64,000 nucleotides of DNA. Origin: a virus (Duplodnaviria > Caudoviricetes). This document shows positions 7,253 through 17,980 of the stretch, piece after piece. A model generated the notes under the pieces. It saw nothing but the letters and a program-made list of their open reading frames with translations. It made no database searches and was not told where the DNA came from. Position 1 is the stretch's first letter. Each line of letters begins with the position of its first letter. The position numbers and the translations under genes were made by a program. The DNA is taken from IMG/VR virus record IMGVR_UViG_3300037047_000246. One strand, 5' to 3'.

Positions 7253-10200
7253 TCCGAAAACAAACGTCTCTTTCGGCATGCATCTTGACCAGGCGTCTGC
7301 CGCCAAGGCGGTGAAGGACGCTGATGCGCTAGTCAAAGAGATGCAGCGCAAGCTGCGCGGATTGGGCGTTGACTGGAGCAAAGTCGCAGGGCAAGCCAGC
7401 TCTGTGACAAGCGAGATTCACGCCATTTCCGACGCCGCCGGGGTGTTCGCCAACAAGCTTGGCGGGGCTGCGACCTCGAGTTTGCAGAGCTTCAAGCACC
7501 TTGCGGACGAAATAGAGAATGCTCAGAGCTCCATAGAAGAGCTGAATGAGCAGTACAAGAACGCCGGGTCCAAAGAAGCGAAGGAGCATATCGAGAAGGC
7601 GATAGCGGACCAGGTCAAAGAGATGGAGGGTCTCACCAAGCAGATACACTCTGAGAAGTCTGCTCGCGCCAAGGAGCTTGTGCAGCTGAACAAATTGATC
7701 AAGCTGCAGAACAAGTACCAAAAGACAGTTCAGAACGCTGTTGACTTCGACATCAACGATGCGCTGGGCAGCGCTTTCGATAAGATCAAGGGCGGCGACC
7801 TCAAGGGAATGTTCAAGGACCTAGGCGGCGGCTTGCTCAAAAATGCAGGCAGCAAGTACGCCCAGGGCGCCATGAACAAGGCCGAAGCCGCCGGCGGCAT
7901 GGGGACTCAAGCCGGCGCGGCGGAGATAGCCAGCGCGTCCAAGATGCTGAGCTTTTCCGCCATGGCCGTCGGCGCTTCGGTTGCCGTGTTTGTCGGGTTC
8001 GTAGCTTTGGTGAAAGCGGCAAGCGATCACATGACGAAGCTGAACTCTGCGCTCATTCAGGGCATGGGCTTCACCAACGACATGGTGAATGACACCAAGG
8101 GATACCGCAATGTCATGAACGAAGTGCGCAAAGCGGCAATTGACTCACACAGCGCTATGTTGAGATTTGGCAAAAACTCCGAAGATGTGCTGAAAGTCAT
8201 CAACGCCTATGCGAAAGATTCCACAGGGTCCCTAATCAAGACTCGCAATGCCATGCAAGATCTTGGCAAAGGCAACCTGCAATTCGGAGTAGAAGAATTT
8301 GCCAGGAATGCGGTCGTGTTCGGCAAAGCTCTCAATATGGAAGCTGAAGAAGTGGCTTCCATGATGGGAAAATTCCAATCAGAGATGGGGTATGGATTTT
8401 CGCAGGTGCAGGGCCTGATGAAGGACGTAGTCAAGGCTGCTGCCACATCAAGCATGCCGATGTCCAAGTTCATGGAGATATTCAAATCTGTCATTCCTGA
8501 CGTGGAGCTATATCGCAATCGGCTCGAAGAGCTTACAGGAACCATAAAGCTCCTGTCTAAGACCATGAGTCCTAAAGACGTAAAGCAGTTCATGGACGCT
8601 TTTGCCAAAGGTTTTTCCGGCACTGATTTCAAACAACGCCTCAAGACGGCTCTAATAGTTGGTGTCCCGAAGGTCAGCGAGATCGCGGCTAAGGATTTTT
8701 CTTCAAAAGCCGGTGTGATGGCGGCCAAGTTTTCCAAATATCTTAAGGGCGGGCCGAGTCAGTTCATGGATGCTTTCAACAAGGGCGAGAAAGGGATGGC
8801 AGATCTCGTCTCAGAAATGCAAGCAGAAGCGTCTAAACGCGGCGAGGCGCTGTCAGGTACTGATATTGGCGAGGCGATGAAACTAGCTTCATATGAGGCG
8901 TCGCGCCAAAAGGGAGACCCGCTGGCGATAGCCTCTGCCATGAAGGGCATGGGCATGCTCGGCACTTACAAAGTGTTGAAAGAGATGAGCCAAAAATTCA
9001 CGAAAGGATTTGATGGCTTGAGCGAGCATGTCATAGCCCAAACAGGGATCAGCGAGCAACAGTATGAGGCTTTGAGGAAAACCGATCAGTCGATGAAGGT
9101 TTGGAAGAGCACTCTCGACAAGTTTGGTATGACCAATAGCAAATCGATGAACAATGCGCTGCGTGAGCAGATATCGATCCGCAAGTTCGGCGACATAACA
9201 CATAAAGACGCAGTGAACCTGAGAGAGGCTACAGAGGAGGACATTTTTCTGGCGACTCAACAACATGATGAGTCTATGAAGACTGAAATCACAGCTGCTG
9301 ATTTGGCGCAGGAGCAAGTTAGCGCCACCAAATCGATATCTGACAAGCTGAGCGACGTCATAGCATATTTGCTGGAGCAGATATTCGACATTTTGCAGCC
9401 GATCCTTGATTGGCTTGATAGAGCATTCACGTGGCTTATCGGCGGTGGCAAAGCTAAGGTTAAAGATATGCAGGACGCCACCGATGATCTCGTCAAGGGG
9501 TTCACAGGTGAAGACGCCGGGGCCAAAAAAGAGCAAGCAAAAGCGATATCCGCTGCTCTAGTCGACGGTTTGAATAAAGGTAAGTCGGGAAAGGACTTGG
9601 CAGAGTTTTTTGCTACGAGTGGGGCCGTCTCTCAAGAGGACATGAAAGACATAGACCCGAAGAAAATTTACGAATTCTCACGCTCCAAGGGCATGAGCGT
9701 AGATAAAGCGGCCGAGATTCAAGAAGCCTTTTACCAAGCTATGAAGCAAGGCAATATGATTGAAGCCATGAAAACCATCAACTCCATTGATGGTGACACA
9801 GGGCAAAATCTGTTGCAACTGTTTGCTGGCGGAGCTTTGGTTGAACCGAACAACAGATTCAAGGAAGCAGCTGAGAAGAGGAGCGCTAAACAGCGGCCGA
9901 ACACTAAAATAACGGCCGGACCAACTACCATGCAGGGTAGGGCGGAGGCCGATAGGTTGGCTAAAGAAGCAAGCGACCTGGAGACGATGATAACACCAGA
10001 GCAGAAGGCGGACGTCGAGTCTTATACTGGAAAATTTTGGGACGAACTGACGGATAGCGAGAGGGATAAGGCACTTGAAGAGCTTGGCGTGCTTGGTCCG
10101 GGCCAGTCAACATCTCAAGTAGCTAGCTCGCCGCAGACTCAAAGTCAAGGTCAGAGCCAAACAAATTCGCAAACAGGAACAGCATCTTCTCCTGGAGCCA

Positions 10201-10832
10201 ACATCCAGACGGGTGCAGCGCCTATTGCGACTGGTCAATTTCAGTCTAGTCCAGTTAAGCAAGTACCTAAAGATAGGGACACGTCATCTGACCTTCTAGG
10301 TAAAGTCAAAGACGCGGTCGAGTCCATCAACGTGCAGGTCATGGGTATCAACACCATGACCGACGACGTTATCAAAATACTCAAGAGCACAGGCGTGGTG
10401 CTAAACAAAGACAAATTCAAGACAAATGTGGCAGAAGCATCCATGAAGGATGTTCTAGACAAGTCCATATCGAGTGCTCTGATGGACTACTTCTTGTACT
10501 CGCACACTGCGGAACAGATAAAGGCTACTGTCGGCGTCGCCCAAGCAAATGACGTAAAATCTATGGGAGACGTCGCCGGATTCTGGCGGGAACACTTCGA
10601 AGACACGTACTTTTCGTCTGGAACTAAAGACTTCGGAGGCAAGATAGAGACCACGGGGTACTACCGCCTGATGCGAGGCGAAGAAGTGGTGAATCCTGGG
10701 CTCAATGGGGGCGCCAGCGGCGGCAAATCGGTGACCATACACGCCAACATCAGCGTGAGCGGCGCCGGAGACCCACATGCCGTGGCCATAGCTGTGCGAG
10801 AAGAGCTGTACAGGCAGAGCCAGCGACACTGA
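7245..10832 (+). CDS. tail tape measure protein (1195 aa)
   Basis: Long Ala/Lys/Gly-rich helical protein with coiled coils, hydrophobic patch near 7950-8010, C-terminal FGGKI...G...L..GEEVVNP motif, canonical position. Confidence 0.85.
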   Translation: MSNPKTNVSFGMHLDQASAAKAVKDADALVKEMQRKLRGLGVDWSKVAGQASSVTSEIHAISDAAGVFANKLGGAATSSLQSFKHLADEIENAQSSIEELNEQYKNAGSKEAKEHIEKAIADQVKEMEGLTKQIHSEKSARAKELVQLNKLIKLQNKYQKTVQNAVDFDINDALGSAFDKIKGGDLKGMFKDLGGGLLKNAGSKYAQGAMNKAEAAGGMGTQAGAAEIASASKMLSFSAMAVGASVAVFVGFVALVKAASDHMTKLNSALIQGMGFTNDMVNDTKGYRNVMNEVRKAAIDSHSAMLRFGKNSEDVLKVINAYAKDSTGSLIKTRNAMQDLGKGNLQFGVEEFARNAVVFGKALNMEAEEVASMMGKFQSEMGYGFSQVQGLMKDVVKAAATSSMPMSKFMEIFKSVIPDVELYRNRLEELTGTIKLLSKTMSPKDVKQFMDAFAKGFSGTDFKQRLKTALIVGVPKVSEIAAKDFSSKAGVMAAKFSKYLKGGPSQFMDAFNKGEKGMADLVSEMQAEASKRGEALSGTDIGEAMKLASYEASRQKGDPLAIASAMKGMGMLGTYKVLKEMSQKFTKGFDGLSEHVIAQTGISEQQYEALRKTDQSMKVWKSTLDKFGMTNSKSMNNALREQISIRKFGDITHKDAVNLREATEEDIFLATQQHDESMKTEITAADLAQEQVSATKSISDKLSDVIAYLLEQIFDILQPILDWLDRAFTWLIGGGKAKVKDMQDATDDLVKGFTGEDAGAKKEQAKAISAALVDGLNKGKSGKDLAEFFATSGAVSQEDMKDIDPKKIYEFSRSKGMSVDKAAEIQEAFYQAMKQGNMIEAMKTINSIDGDTGQNLLQLFAGGALVEPNNRFKEAAEKRSAKQRPNTKITAGPTTMQGRAEADRLAKEASDLETMITPEQKADVESYTGKFWDELTDSERDKALEELGVLGPGQSTSQVASSPQTQSQGQSQTNSQTGTASSPGANIQTGAAPIATGQFQSSPVKQVPKDRDTSSDLLGKVKDAVESINVQVMGINTMTDDVIKILKSTGVVLNKDKFKTNVAEASMKDVLDKSISSALMDYFLYSHTAEQIKATVGVAQANDVKSMGDVAGFWREHFEDTYFSSGTKDFGGKIETTGYYRLMRGEEVVNPGLNGGASGGKSVTIHANISVSGAGDPHAVAIAVREELYRQSQRH

Positions 10833-10961
10833 ACTTTCATGAGATTGGTTTTGTTGGTAGCGACAAGATCGTGGTTGTGTGTTTGAAATGCACTCGCGAG
10901 TTCGACCAGCGTCGTTCCTGCAAACGCGATTCGATAGCGGTATTATGAATCCTGGAACTTG

Positions 10962-11780
10962 ATGCTTTCTCACTTACCTCGCTTCAAACATCCGGCAGCA
11001 AACACGGCTGAGGCAGGATTTGCTGGCTCGAGCCGCCCAATGCTGTTTCAGGTCACTCAAGTGGGTAGGTTGCAGCCAGAGCCGCTGTGGCCGTACGTCC
11101 TTGCCTTGCACGTCAATCCGAATTCTCTGCAGGAGCAGTTCACAAAAAACAAGTCCGTGACGATGACAAGAGGCGGATTTGTCGAGTTCATGTGGCCCGA
11201 TGACTTGGATGCCCTGTCGGCAGACAGCACCACCGGGGCATTCATAGGCCCTGACTCAGGCTTGACGTCGGATTCGGCCAACGACACTTACAGGATAGGA
11301 AGAGGCGCCGGCGTCGTGCGTCCTTTCAGAGGCCGCCACGGCACGCTGGCATGGGAGCGCACCACGGATCTTTTGGAACTGTTCAGATCTAACGGACAAC
11401 TGTTCAACGGGTCAGGAATGCCAGTGCTGCGCAGCCAGATCATGTGCATATATGACCGCGGCATCTACTACGGATGGTTCTCGAATTTTGAAGTGGTGGA
11501 GACTGCAGAACTGCCGTATCAGTTTCAGGTTTCTTGGGAGTTCAAAGTCACAGAGACCGTGTACAAGCTGCCCACTTACGAGCCCATGCCGGAGAATATT
11601 GAAGAAACTTCTCGATCGGACATGTCCAACGCTAGCGTTGAAAAGTTTTTGCTGGACAAGAGCAATGCCCAGCCGGTGGATCCATCAGTCCAAGCGGTGC
11701 TCAAAGACCAGAGCCAAGGCACAGACGCCCAGGAGTTGGCAATCCGGGCTTCTACTAGAGACAAACGCATCGTCCCCTGA
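10962..11780 (+). CDS. tail tube initiator / baseplate tube-like protein (gp48/gp54/gpU-like)
   Basis: LHVNPNSLQEQFTK...TRGGFVEF.W...L.ADSTTG.F and YYGWFSNFEV.E.AE.PY.FQVSWEFKV pattern; directly after tape measure. Confidence 0.65.
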   Translation: MLSHLPRFKHPAANTAEAGFAGSSRPMLFQVTQVGRLQPEPLWPYVLALHVNPNSLQEQFTKNKSVTMTRGGFVEFMWPDDLDALSADSTTGAFIGPDSGLTSDSANDTYRIGRGAGVVRPFRGRHGTLAWERTTDLLELFRSNGQLFNGSGMPVLRSQIMCIYDRGIYYGWFSNFEVVETAELPYQFQVSWEFKVTETVYKLPTYEPMPENIEETSRSDMSNASVEKFLLDKSNAQPVDPSVQAVLKDQSQGTDAQELAIRASTRDKRIVP

Positions 11781-11789
11781 GGTGAGCCT

Positions 11790-13610
11790 ATGACCAGCTC
11801 CCGCTCGGACTCTCCTGTTGTCCTCAACTCCGTTCAGCCTGTCGCAGATCTGCTTGAGATCGCAAAGCAGATAGGCAGACACCCGTCTTTTCAAACAATC
11901 AATTCAGCCGATCAGTATGCAACCACGACAAGCTCCCAGAACTGGAAGCTGTTCGTCATCGGCGTGTTGGCGCCAGACAACGATGTGTCGTTCCACCCTA
12001 CGTACAGGCGCCCGGCGGCTGTGCCTCTTGCTGGAATGCCGCCTCAGCTGATCAAAAAGAAGAAGGTGAAGCTGAAGGGGGCCAACACCAGCGGCAAAAT
12101 TGCCGGGACCATGGATGCCAAAAAGGGAACGACGTTCAGCAGAGACGATTTCAGACAAGCAGTCGTGGAGGAGTTTACTCGTTTGACCGGATCGTCACCA
12201 TCTGAAGACCTTTTGTCCATCCTGTGCGCACACGCTTGGCTGGAAATGGGGGCCTCGCGCGGTCACAGGCGCGCAGATGGCACGTACGCTCGCGCCCGTC
12301 TGCTTAACACGAACAACAACAACATAGGAGGCATTCACGCCGGTCCAGGGTCTAGCGTGAAGGCCACTGAGGTAAAGGACATCCCTACTACAGGGTACAC
12401 TGTCGGCGGCAAAGAGCAGAAGCAAAATGTGGAATATGAGGATAGCCATAAAGAGAAGCACACGCTGCAGCCTGACGGCATACCTGTAGACCCTACTGAC
12501 CCAACTGTGGCCGTGCCAAATCAAAAGGGCACGAAACTTGTGATAGTGGACCCGAAGAATCCGGCAAACAAGCCGTTCCTGGATAGGTATAAAAAAGGGG
12601 GCGGGTATATAGACATCGATACCAAAAGCGGCAATGCGTACCTTGTCGCTTTCAGGTCGCACGACACCATGGAGGGTGGCATATCTTCGTGGCTTAGCCT
12701 GCTCGTCAACAGGTACCCTGGCGTTCTTAAGGCCAGGACCACCGAAGAGTACGCCACAGAGCTGCAAAACGGCGAGAAAACCAGTTCAGGGCAGCCCAGA
12801 AAGTACTACGACGAGTCTATCGCTCCGACCAGCGTCGGTGGCAACGGTCACTACGTCAGAAGTCTTGACATACAGAAGGAATCGTACGACAACGAGTACC
12901 CGAGAAGCACGGGCGTAGCCGGGCGGCATGCCGGGGCTGTGACTGAAGCCGCCGGCCAAAGCATTATGGCGTACGGGTCAGTGACGGATCCTGAAGATCC
13001 GCTCGGGCCGGTGTTCGGCAGAAACATACATGCGGATACCGACAGAATGGAGCAAATTCAGGCGCAGATGCAGCTGTTGTCGTCTTCGATAGCGTTCATG
13101 CGCAGCATACCGCCGATTGTCATGCTGACGAATCCGCAAGAATTCAGACGCAGCCACGAAAATCTGGTGGACGTCGGCGTGAAGACAAGGCTTGGGCACG
13201 TCGTGCATACCGGGCTTGAGCAGCCAGTCAAAATTAGTGCAAGCGGAGTCACAGCAGCCCAGTACGCCGTGAATGCTGGCATGAACGGCGGTTTGACGAC
13301 TGCGAACAGAATACACAGTTTGAGCTATCGCAACTTGATGTCGCTCGTGACGCTGTACAAAAACAATGGATCTGTGTATTCGTCCAACGACGGCACAAGC
13401 AGCGTCATTGCTTTGCCCGGATCTGTGTTCATCATTTATGATGATCACCTGTACATAGGTTCTTTCGACAGTTTCAGCATCACTGACGCGGCTGACAAGC
13501 CTCACAACATGTCGTATTCGTTCGCATTCACAGCCAAATACGACATGCACGTGGACATGGGTCTTGACGCGCAGGCAGCAAAGTCAGGGATTCAAGCAAG
13601 TAGCATGTGA
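11790..13610 (+). CDS. second tube-initiator paralogue carrying a GH73 (FlgJ/glucosaminidase-like) muramidase domain (606 aa)
   Basis: AHAWLEMG...NNNIGGI...FRSHDTMEGGISSWLSLL..RY...EEYATELQ..YY at about 12230-12810; C-terminal MLTNPQEF...YIGSFDSFSITDAADKP....YSFAF resembles the upstream gene. Confidence 0.7.
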   Translation: MTSSRSDSPVVLNSVQPVADLLEIAKQIGRHPSFQTINSADQYATTTSSQNWKLFVIGVLAPDNDVSFHPTYRRPAAVPLAGMPPQLIKKKKVKLKGANTSGKIAGTMDAKKGTTFSRDDFRQAVVEEFTRLTGSSPSEDLLSILCAHAWLEMGASRGHRRADGTYARARLLNTNNNNIGGIHAGPGSSVKATEVKDIPTTGYTVGGKEQKQNVEYEDSHKEKHTLQPDGIPVDPTDPTVAVPNQKGTKLVIVDPKNPANKPFLDRYKKGGGYIDIDTKSGNAYLVAFRSHDTMEGGISSWLSLLVNRYPGVLKARTTEEYATELQNGEKTSSGQPRKYYDESIAPTSVGGNGHYVRSLDIQKESYDNEYPRSTGVAGRHAGAVTEAAGQSIMAYGSVTDPEDPLGPVFGRNIHADTDRMEQIQAQMQLLSSSIAFMRSIPPIVMLTNPQEFRRSHENLVDVGVKTRLGHVVHTGLEQPVKISASGVTAAQYAVNAGMNGGLTTANRIHSLSYRNLMSLVTLYKNNGSVYSSNDGTSSVIALPGSVFIIYDDHLYIGSFDSFSITDAADKPHNMSYSFAFTAKYDMHVDMGLDAQAAKSGIQASSM

Positions 13611-13625
13611 CGTGGAGGTCAAACC

Positions 13626-16600
13626 ATGCCGCGCATGTCAGCGTTCAAGGGGACTTGGGAAGAGAACAAAAGGCCTTACGTCACCTTGGCGCCTGACGCT
13701 TATGTGTCGATACAAGGCCAAACTTCGGTCATAACCTGCGGCGAGTGCAATCGGCAGGTAGACCTCAACAAGTACATCACTGGCATATCCACAGAGACTT
13801 CTGTGGATTCCCCTCCGGGGTCTGCTACCATCAACTTGTCCATCCCTGACACGGATGTGAACGAGTTCTTCGTGGAAGGCAACTTCGTAGTCATCCCGAT
13901 GATGGAGATAGAGATTTTTGCCAAGGGATACTTCACAGTTGGTGGTGTCCCGCAGTATTACAAAATCTTCTGGGGGATGATTGTGAACATCTCCAAGAAC
14001 TGGTCCAACGGCGTCACCACGTTCACTTTGTCTTGCAAAGACATCTTGCACTGGTGGGAAAAGACCAACGTCATCACCAACCCGGCTTTTGTTGGCAAAG
14101 AGGGAGCCTCCTGCGGTTACCAGCTGTTTGGCAATCAGTTCGCGGGCCTCAACCCGTACACTATCATGATATCTCTCGCAAGAGAGTCTATGGGCGACTT
14201 TTCGATCACTGACGGGTCGTTCATGTCGCACAAGCCGGAAGCAGGGCCTGAAGAGCGAGTCGTAGGCCAATACGCCAAAGACATAATGGCTTATTGGCAG
14301 CTGAAATTCGGCAACATATGGAATTCGCTTGTGCTGTACGGAACCTCCGGCATGGCGTATACGTTCGAGGGCAGCGGAGACATATCTCCAGCAAAGCTGT
14401 CTTTTGCCATATTCAAAAACGAAGTCGACATACTTGCCGAAAATCCGATGACGGCAAGCTTCAAGTTCCAACCGCACGAAATCGCTGCTGTGAAACTCAG
14501 TCTGGACCGGGCCGGCGATGTGCAGTTTTTTCAGAACGACACGCAGAGCAAGCTGGCTGTGGCGCTGCAGGCGCGAGACCAAATTGCGTACGAGTTCTAC
14601 TGCGACACGACTGGCGACATAGTGTTCAAGCCCCCGTTTTACAACCTCAACGTGTTGCCAAACAAGCCGGTGTCCTGGATTCAAGACTTCGAGATAATGG
14701 ACGACAACATAAACGACTCCGAAGCTGAAGTCGTGACGCACATGACTTCCAGCGGCAACGCATTCGGAGGAGTGTTCGATCCGTGCATTACTGACGAAAT
14801 CACCGTGCCCAGAACTGGAGTTATAGACTGGCATTTGCTCAAGCGTTACGGGTGGCGCAGGCAGGACTTTCAGTGCGAATGGGCTGGGAATCCGAAGAAG
14901 CTGTTCTGGTTTCTTCTGGACTTGATGGATAGGATCAATGCCAAAAGGCACAACGGCACGATCACCATCCCCATGCGGCCCGAGATTCGCATGGGTTTTC
15001 CGGTCTGGATTCCGTATTATGACTCATTCTTTTACGTCAACAGCGTGTCCCACAACTTTTCTCCAGGCGGCCAGGCCACAACTACTTTGGGCCTCATTGC
15101 AAAGCGATCCAAGTTCATAGCCCCTGCCAACATGGGGCGGGTGCAGCGGGTGCAGCCCAAGCCCCAATCGGACAATGCAAACAACGCCAAGAAGGGCGAC
15201 AAAAAGGGCGATAAAAACCCACCTGCTCCTGCCGCACACCACACGTACGAGGTCAGTTTTGACGGATCGGTCGGACAAACTTCCGGAATTGGACAAGAGG
15301 ACGATCATAACGCCAGCCCGCACTTGATCATAAGGGACCCCGACACAGGGAAGATTCTGGGATATCCCAACGTCGTGATGGTGTTCAGAACAACGTTCGA
15401 AGACAAGTCTTTGGCGAAGACCACGGCAGACAAGGGGTCTGGGTCCAGAAAGTCTAAGCAGAAGGGCGCTGCTCCAAAACCTGCGCAGTACACGTACGAC
15501 AAAGTGGTTCGGGAAACCTTCCAGCAGATGCGAGACGACAGAAGGGCAGCCGTAGTGAGTCGCATCAGACACCACCGATACGAAGCCGGCATGAACAACT
15601 CCGGCTTGTACGACTACGCTGTTGACGTGAGCGGCGATTTCAAAGAAATGGTGCTCGTGCCTGCTTCGTCCATAGTGTGGGGGGCAGGCACGCAAGATCC
15701 GACGAAGTTCAGCGGGGGCGCCTCGACTTCAGTGCCTTCAAACGGAGGTCTCCTTGGCGACAGCAGCGCCGAGGACTTCCAGCTGAAAAGGAACAAGGAG
15801 ATTGAGACTAAGATATTGGAGCTGCAGCAAAAGATTGCTGGACAGAAGAATCGCTCGGGAGGACTGTCCGCTCAGAAAAACAATAAAGGCAAAGAGCTCA
15901 ACAAAGCCAGGCTTGACCTCAACAAGACCATAGCAAAAAATCACAAGGGCAAGAGCTTCGGCACGTTGATGGAGCAAGAGTACAACTTCGAGGAAAGGCA
16001 GAAGCTAAACCTCGTAAACACGCTCCAAGGCGAATTTGACGCTCTGAATGAGCAGATCCTGGATCTGGGAGACAAAATAGCTGAGCTTGCTGCTGCAAAG
16101 TCTGATTTTCGCCTTACCAAAAATCTCAACATATCAATAAGGCCTGTTTCGGACGAATTCGGCTTCGAAGTGATCGGTCACAACAGGTATGGCCGAGGAG
16201 TTTTCATCGACAGAGGGCAGCTCAGGCTCAAGTTCAAGTCGACAGAAGACTCTTCGGTCAACGACATAAACATTCAGTTTGCCGCAACCGGTGGCATGGT
16301 GACCAACCAGCCGTCCGGTCTCAAGAGTACCTCCGTCGCGGCGTCATCGGAGATGTTCGAAAAAATGCAGCCTGACGACTGGATCACAGGCGCGTCCATG
16401 CACACTCCAGGGGCTGTTACCTTGACCAGCGTCAACACGTACTCTGCGGCAGTGAACAATATGACAAACCGGGGGGCCAAAACTGGCGCTGTGTTCATTG
16501 AGGCAGACGCTACGAGACGCTCTAAGACCCTGTGGGAGCTCGTTCCGAAATCGGAAAACGGGCTTGACGAAGTCGGCATGCAAAACTGCAGCTGCAATAT

Positions 16601-17615
16601 CGGCCGGACGCAGTGGTTTTCCGTGTTGCCTAAAGAGGTACTGCGAAGCATACTGACGCCAAGCACGATCAAGACGTACGCGAAAGATCGCAGCCCGCTG
16701 TTGCTTGCTAGGTTTGTGTTCGTAGACGCTTTCACTGGGGAAGATACGGACAAAGAATCGTCCAAAAAGACCAGGCTGTCGATGAACGGCGTCCATGATG
16801 GGGTAGTCACAGAGGAGGTGTACAACCACATGATGGCTGTCTACGAGCGGAAAGACGACCGAGGAGTCGTCGTGGAGACGCACAGAAAGCCGGTCAAAAA
16901 CAAATCAGAGGCAAAGGCTTGCGTAGAGAGTGCTGCTGACTTGTATCCGGTGGGGTCGCCTGAGCACTCTGCCTATATGGAAAATTCCGGCCCGCCAGCG
17001 GCAATCACCGGCCAGCAACCGACCGAGGACCACGCGGTTGGCATCGCAAGCTTTCCTGACTTCTTCGAAATCTTGAACAAATACCTGGCGCAAAGGTTCA
17101 GCAACGCTTTTGCTTACAACGCAGAGCGAGAGGAGCAGGACGCGGGCGAATATCTTGGCATAGAAATTCCTGAAGTCGGCGACAACAGCTATCTTGACCC
17201 GAGCCAGGTTCTTGGTCCGTCTGGCGGGTCGCTATTTGACAGAGCAGCTCAGGGAGACCCGGACGCGCTGGCCGTGATCCAATCTCAGATAAACTGGGAC
17301 TGGACCGAGTCCGAAAAGAAGCTCGACAACTTGAAAAATACTGCTGTGGAAGCCGGCCAGCAGTTTGCTGCCGAAAGCAGCTCGCTCGCAGACTGGGCAG
17401 AAAGCTGGTCTCGATACGACGCTGTTGGCGCTTTGTCCGGGGTTCAAAGCAAACAGGGGTCTCGGGCGGTCCAGCAGCCTCAGCCGTTCACGCCGCCGCC
17501 GCTTAAAATCAAGCCGACTGCACTGCCAGATGTATTCGAAGACGCAGGGCCAACCAACAAATCGGTGCAGGATGACTTGCAGCAGGTCGCGCCTGAACCG
17601 CCAAAGCAGTACTAG
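13626..17615 (+). CDS. baseplate hub protein (gp27/gpD-like), greatly enlarged (1329 aa)
   Basis: N-terminal ~500 aa: ITGISTETSVDSPPGSATINL, YEFYCDTTGDIVFKPPFYN, GTITIPMRPEIRMGFPV, FYVNSVSHNFSPGG..TTTLGL; GGAGG SD; lies upstream of the spike. Confidence 0.75.
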   Translation: MPRMSAFKGTWEENKRPYVTLAPDAYVSIQGQTSVITCGECNRQVDLNKYITGISTETSVDSPPGSATINLSIPDTDVNEFFVEGNFVVIPMMEIEIFAKGYFTVGGVPQYYKIFWGMIVNISKNWSNGVTTFTLSCKDILHWWEKTNVITNPAFVGKEGASCGYQLFGNQFAGLNPYTIMISLARESMGDFSITDGSFMSHKPEAGPEERVVGQYAKDIMAYWQLKFGNIWNSLVLYGTSGMAYTFEGSGDISPAKLSFAIFKNEVDILAENPMTASFKFQPHEIAAVKLSLDRAGDVQFFQNDTQSKLAVALQARDQIAYEFYCDTTGDIVFKPPFYNLNVLPNKPVSWIQDFEIMDDNINDSEAEVVTHMTSSGNAFGGVFDPCITDEITVPRTGVIDWHLLKRYGWRRQDFQCEWAGNPKKLFWFLLDLMDRINAKRHNGTITIPMRPEIRMGFPVWIPYYDSFFYVNSVSHNFSPGGQATTTLGLIAKRSKFIAPANMGRVQRVQPKPQSDNANNAKKGDKKGDKNPPAPAAHHTYEVSFDGSVGQTSGIGQEDDHNASPHLIIRDPDTGKILGYPNVVMVFRTTFEDKSLAKTTADKGSGSRKSKQKGAAPKPAQYTYDKVVRETFQQMRDDRRAAVVSRIRHHRYEAGMNNSGLYDYAVDVSGDFKEMVLVPASSIVWGAGTQDPTKFSGGASTSVPSNGGLLGDSSAEDFQLKRNKEIETKILELQQKIAGQKNRSGGLSAQKNNKGKELNKARLDLNKTIAKNHKGKSFGTLMEQEYNFEERQKLNLVNTLQGEFDALNEQILDLGDKIAELAAAKSDFRLTKNLNISIRPVSDEFGFEVIGHNRYGRGVFIDRGQLRLKFKSTEDSSVNDINIQFAATGGMVTNQPSGLKSTSVAASSEMFEKMQPDDWITGASMHTPGAVTLTSVNTYSAAVNNMTNRGAKTGAVFIEADATRRSKTLWELVPKSENGLDEVGMQNCSCNIGRTQWFSVLPKEVLRSILTPSTIKTYAKDRSPLLLARFVFVDAFTGEDTDKESSKKTRLSMNGVHDGVVTEEVYNHMMAVYERKDDRGVVVETHRKPVKNKSEAKACVESAADLYPVGSPEHSAYMENSGPPAAITGQQPTEDHAVGIASFPDFFEILNKYLAQRFSNAFAYNAEREEQDAGEYLGIEIPEVGDNSYLDPSQVLGPSGGSLFDRAAQGDPDALAVIQSQINWDWTESEKKLDNLKNTAVEAGQQFAAESSSLADWAESWSRYDAVGALSGVQSKQGSRAVQQPQPFTPPPLKIKPTALPDVFEDAGPTNKSVQDDLQQVAPEPPKQY

Positions 17616-17980
17616 CTGCGCACCGCGGCCAAAAACTTTGCGCTACAGTTGCCGGGGTCCAGCAGGTATGTGGTCACCTGCTCCGCGAACCTGCTGGATG
17701 GGCGCACGATGCACATGGATTCGAAATTGGGACCATCCACCATGTGTCGGATTTGCACGACAGAGTATGTGACCACAACTGACGTTTGGCCGCTGCCGGA
17801 ATCATCCAGTGAGCATTCCGGTTTGTTCTGATTTTGAACGTATCTCAACAGCTCCTTGTCTGAAGTGTTCAAACTTATCGCTATGCTATGGTCGACGTTA
17901 ACCATAGCCGAATCAGGAGCCATCCACCGACCTTTTTCAATAATCGCTCCACCTATTGTGGTGGCTTGAATGACGAGCAT
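17612..17980 (-). CDS. hypothetical protein (122 aa)
   Basis: Only ORF that fills the 17616-18011 gap; GAGGAG SD 12 nt upstream on the - strand; stop shares the CTAG palindrome with the hub stop. Confidence 0.55.
   Translation of the reverse strand: MLVIQATTIGGAIIEKGRWMAPDSAMVNVDHSIAISLNTSDKELLRYVQNQNKPECSLDDSGSGQTSVVVTYSVVQIRHMVDGPNFESMCIVRPSSRFAEQVTTYLLDPGNCSAKFLAAVRS

Noticed and set aside
10080-10230. Gln/Ser/Thr-rich stretch in the tape measure
   Set aside because: Low-complexity linker with no exact nucleotide repeat or evident function.
10838-10948. Short frame HEIGFVGSDKIVVVCLKCTREF... with CxxC after the tape measure
   Set aside because: No suitable start or SD in the spacer, only ~36 codons, and no slippery site linking it to the tape measure.
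13638-14951. Long antisense ORFs (437 aa here; also 18519-19700, 23715-24638, 31262-32164 and others)
   Set aside because: They lie wholly opposite well-supported genes, have Arg/His/Val-rich shadow composition and no motifs; this is expected in GC-rich coding DNA.
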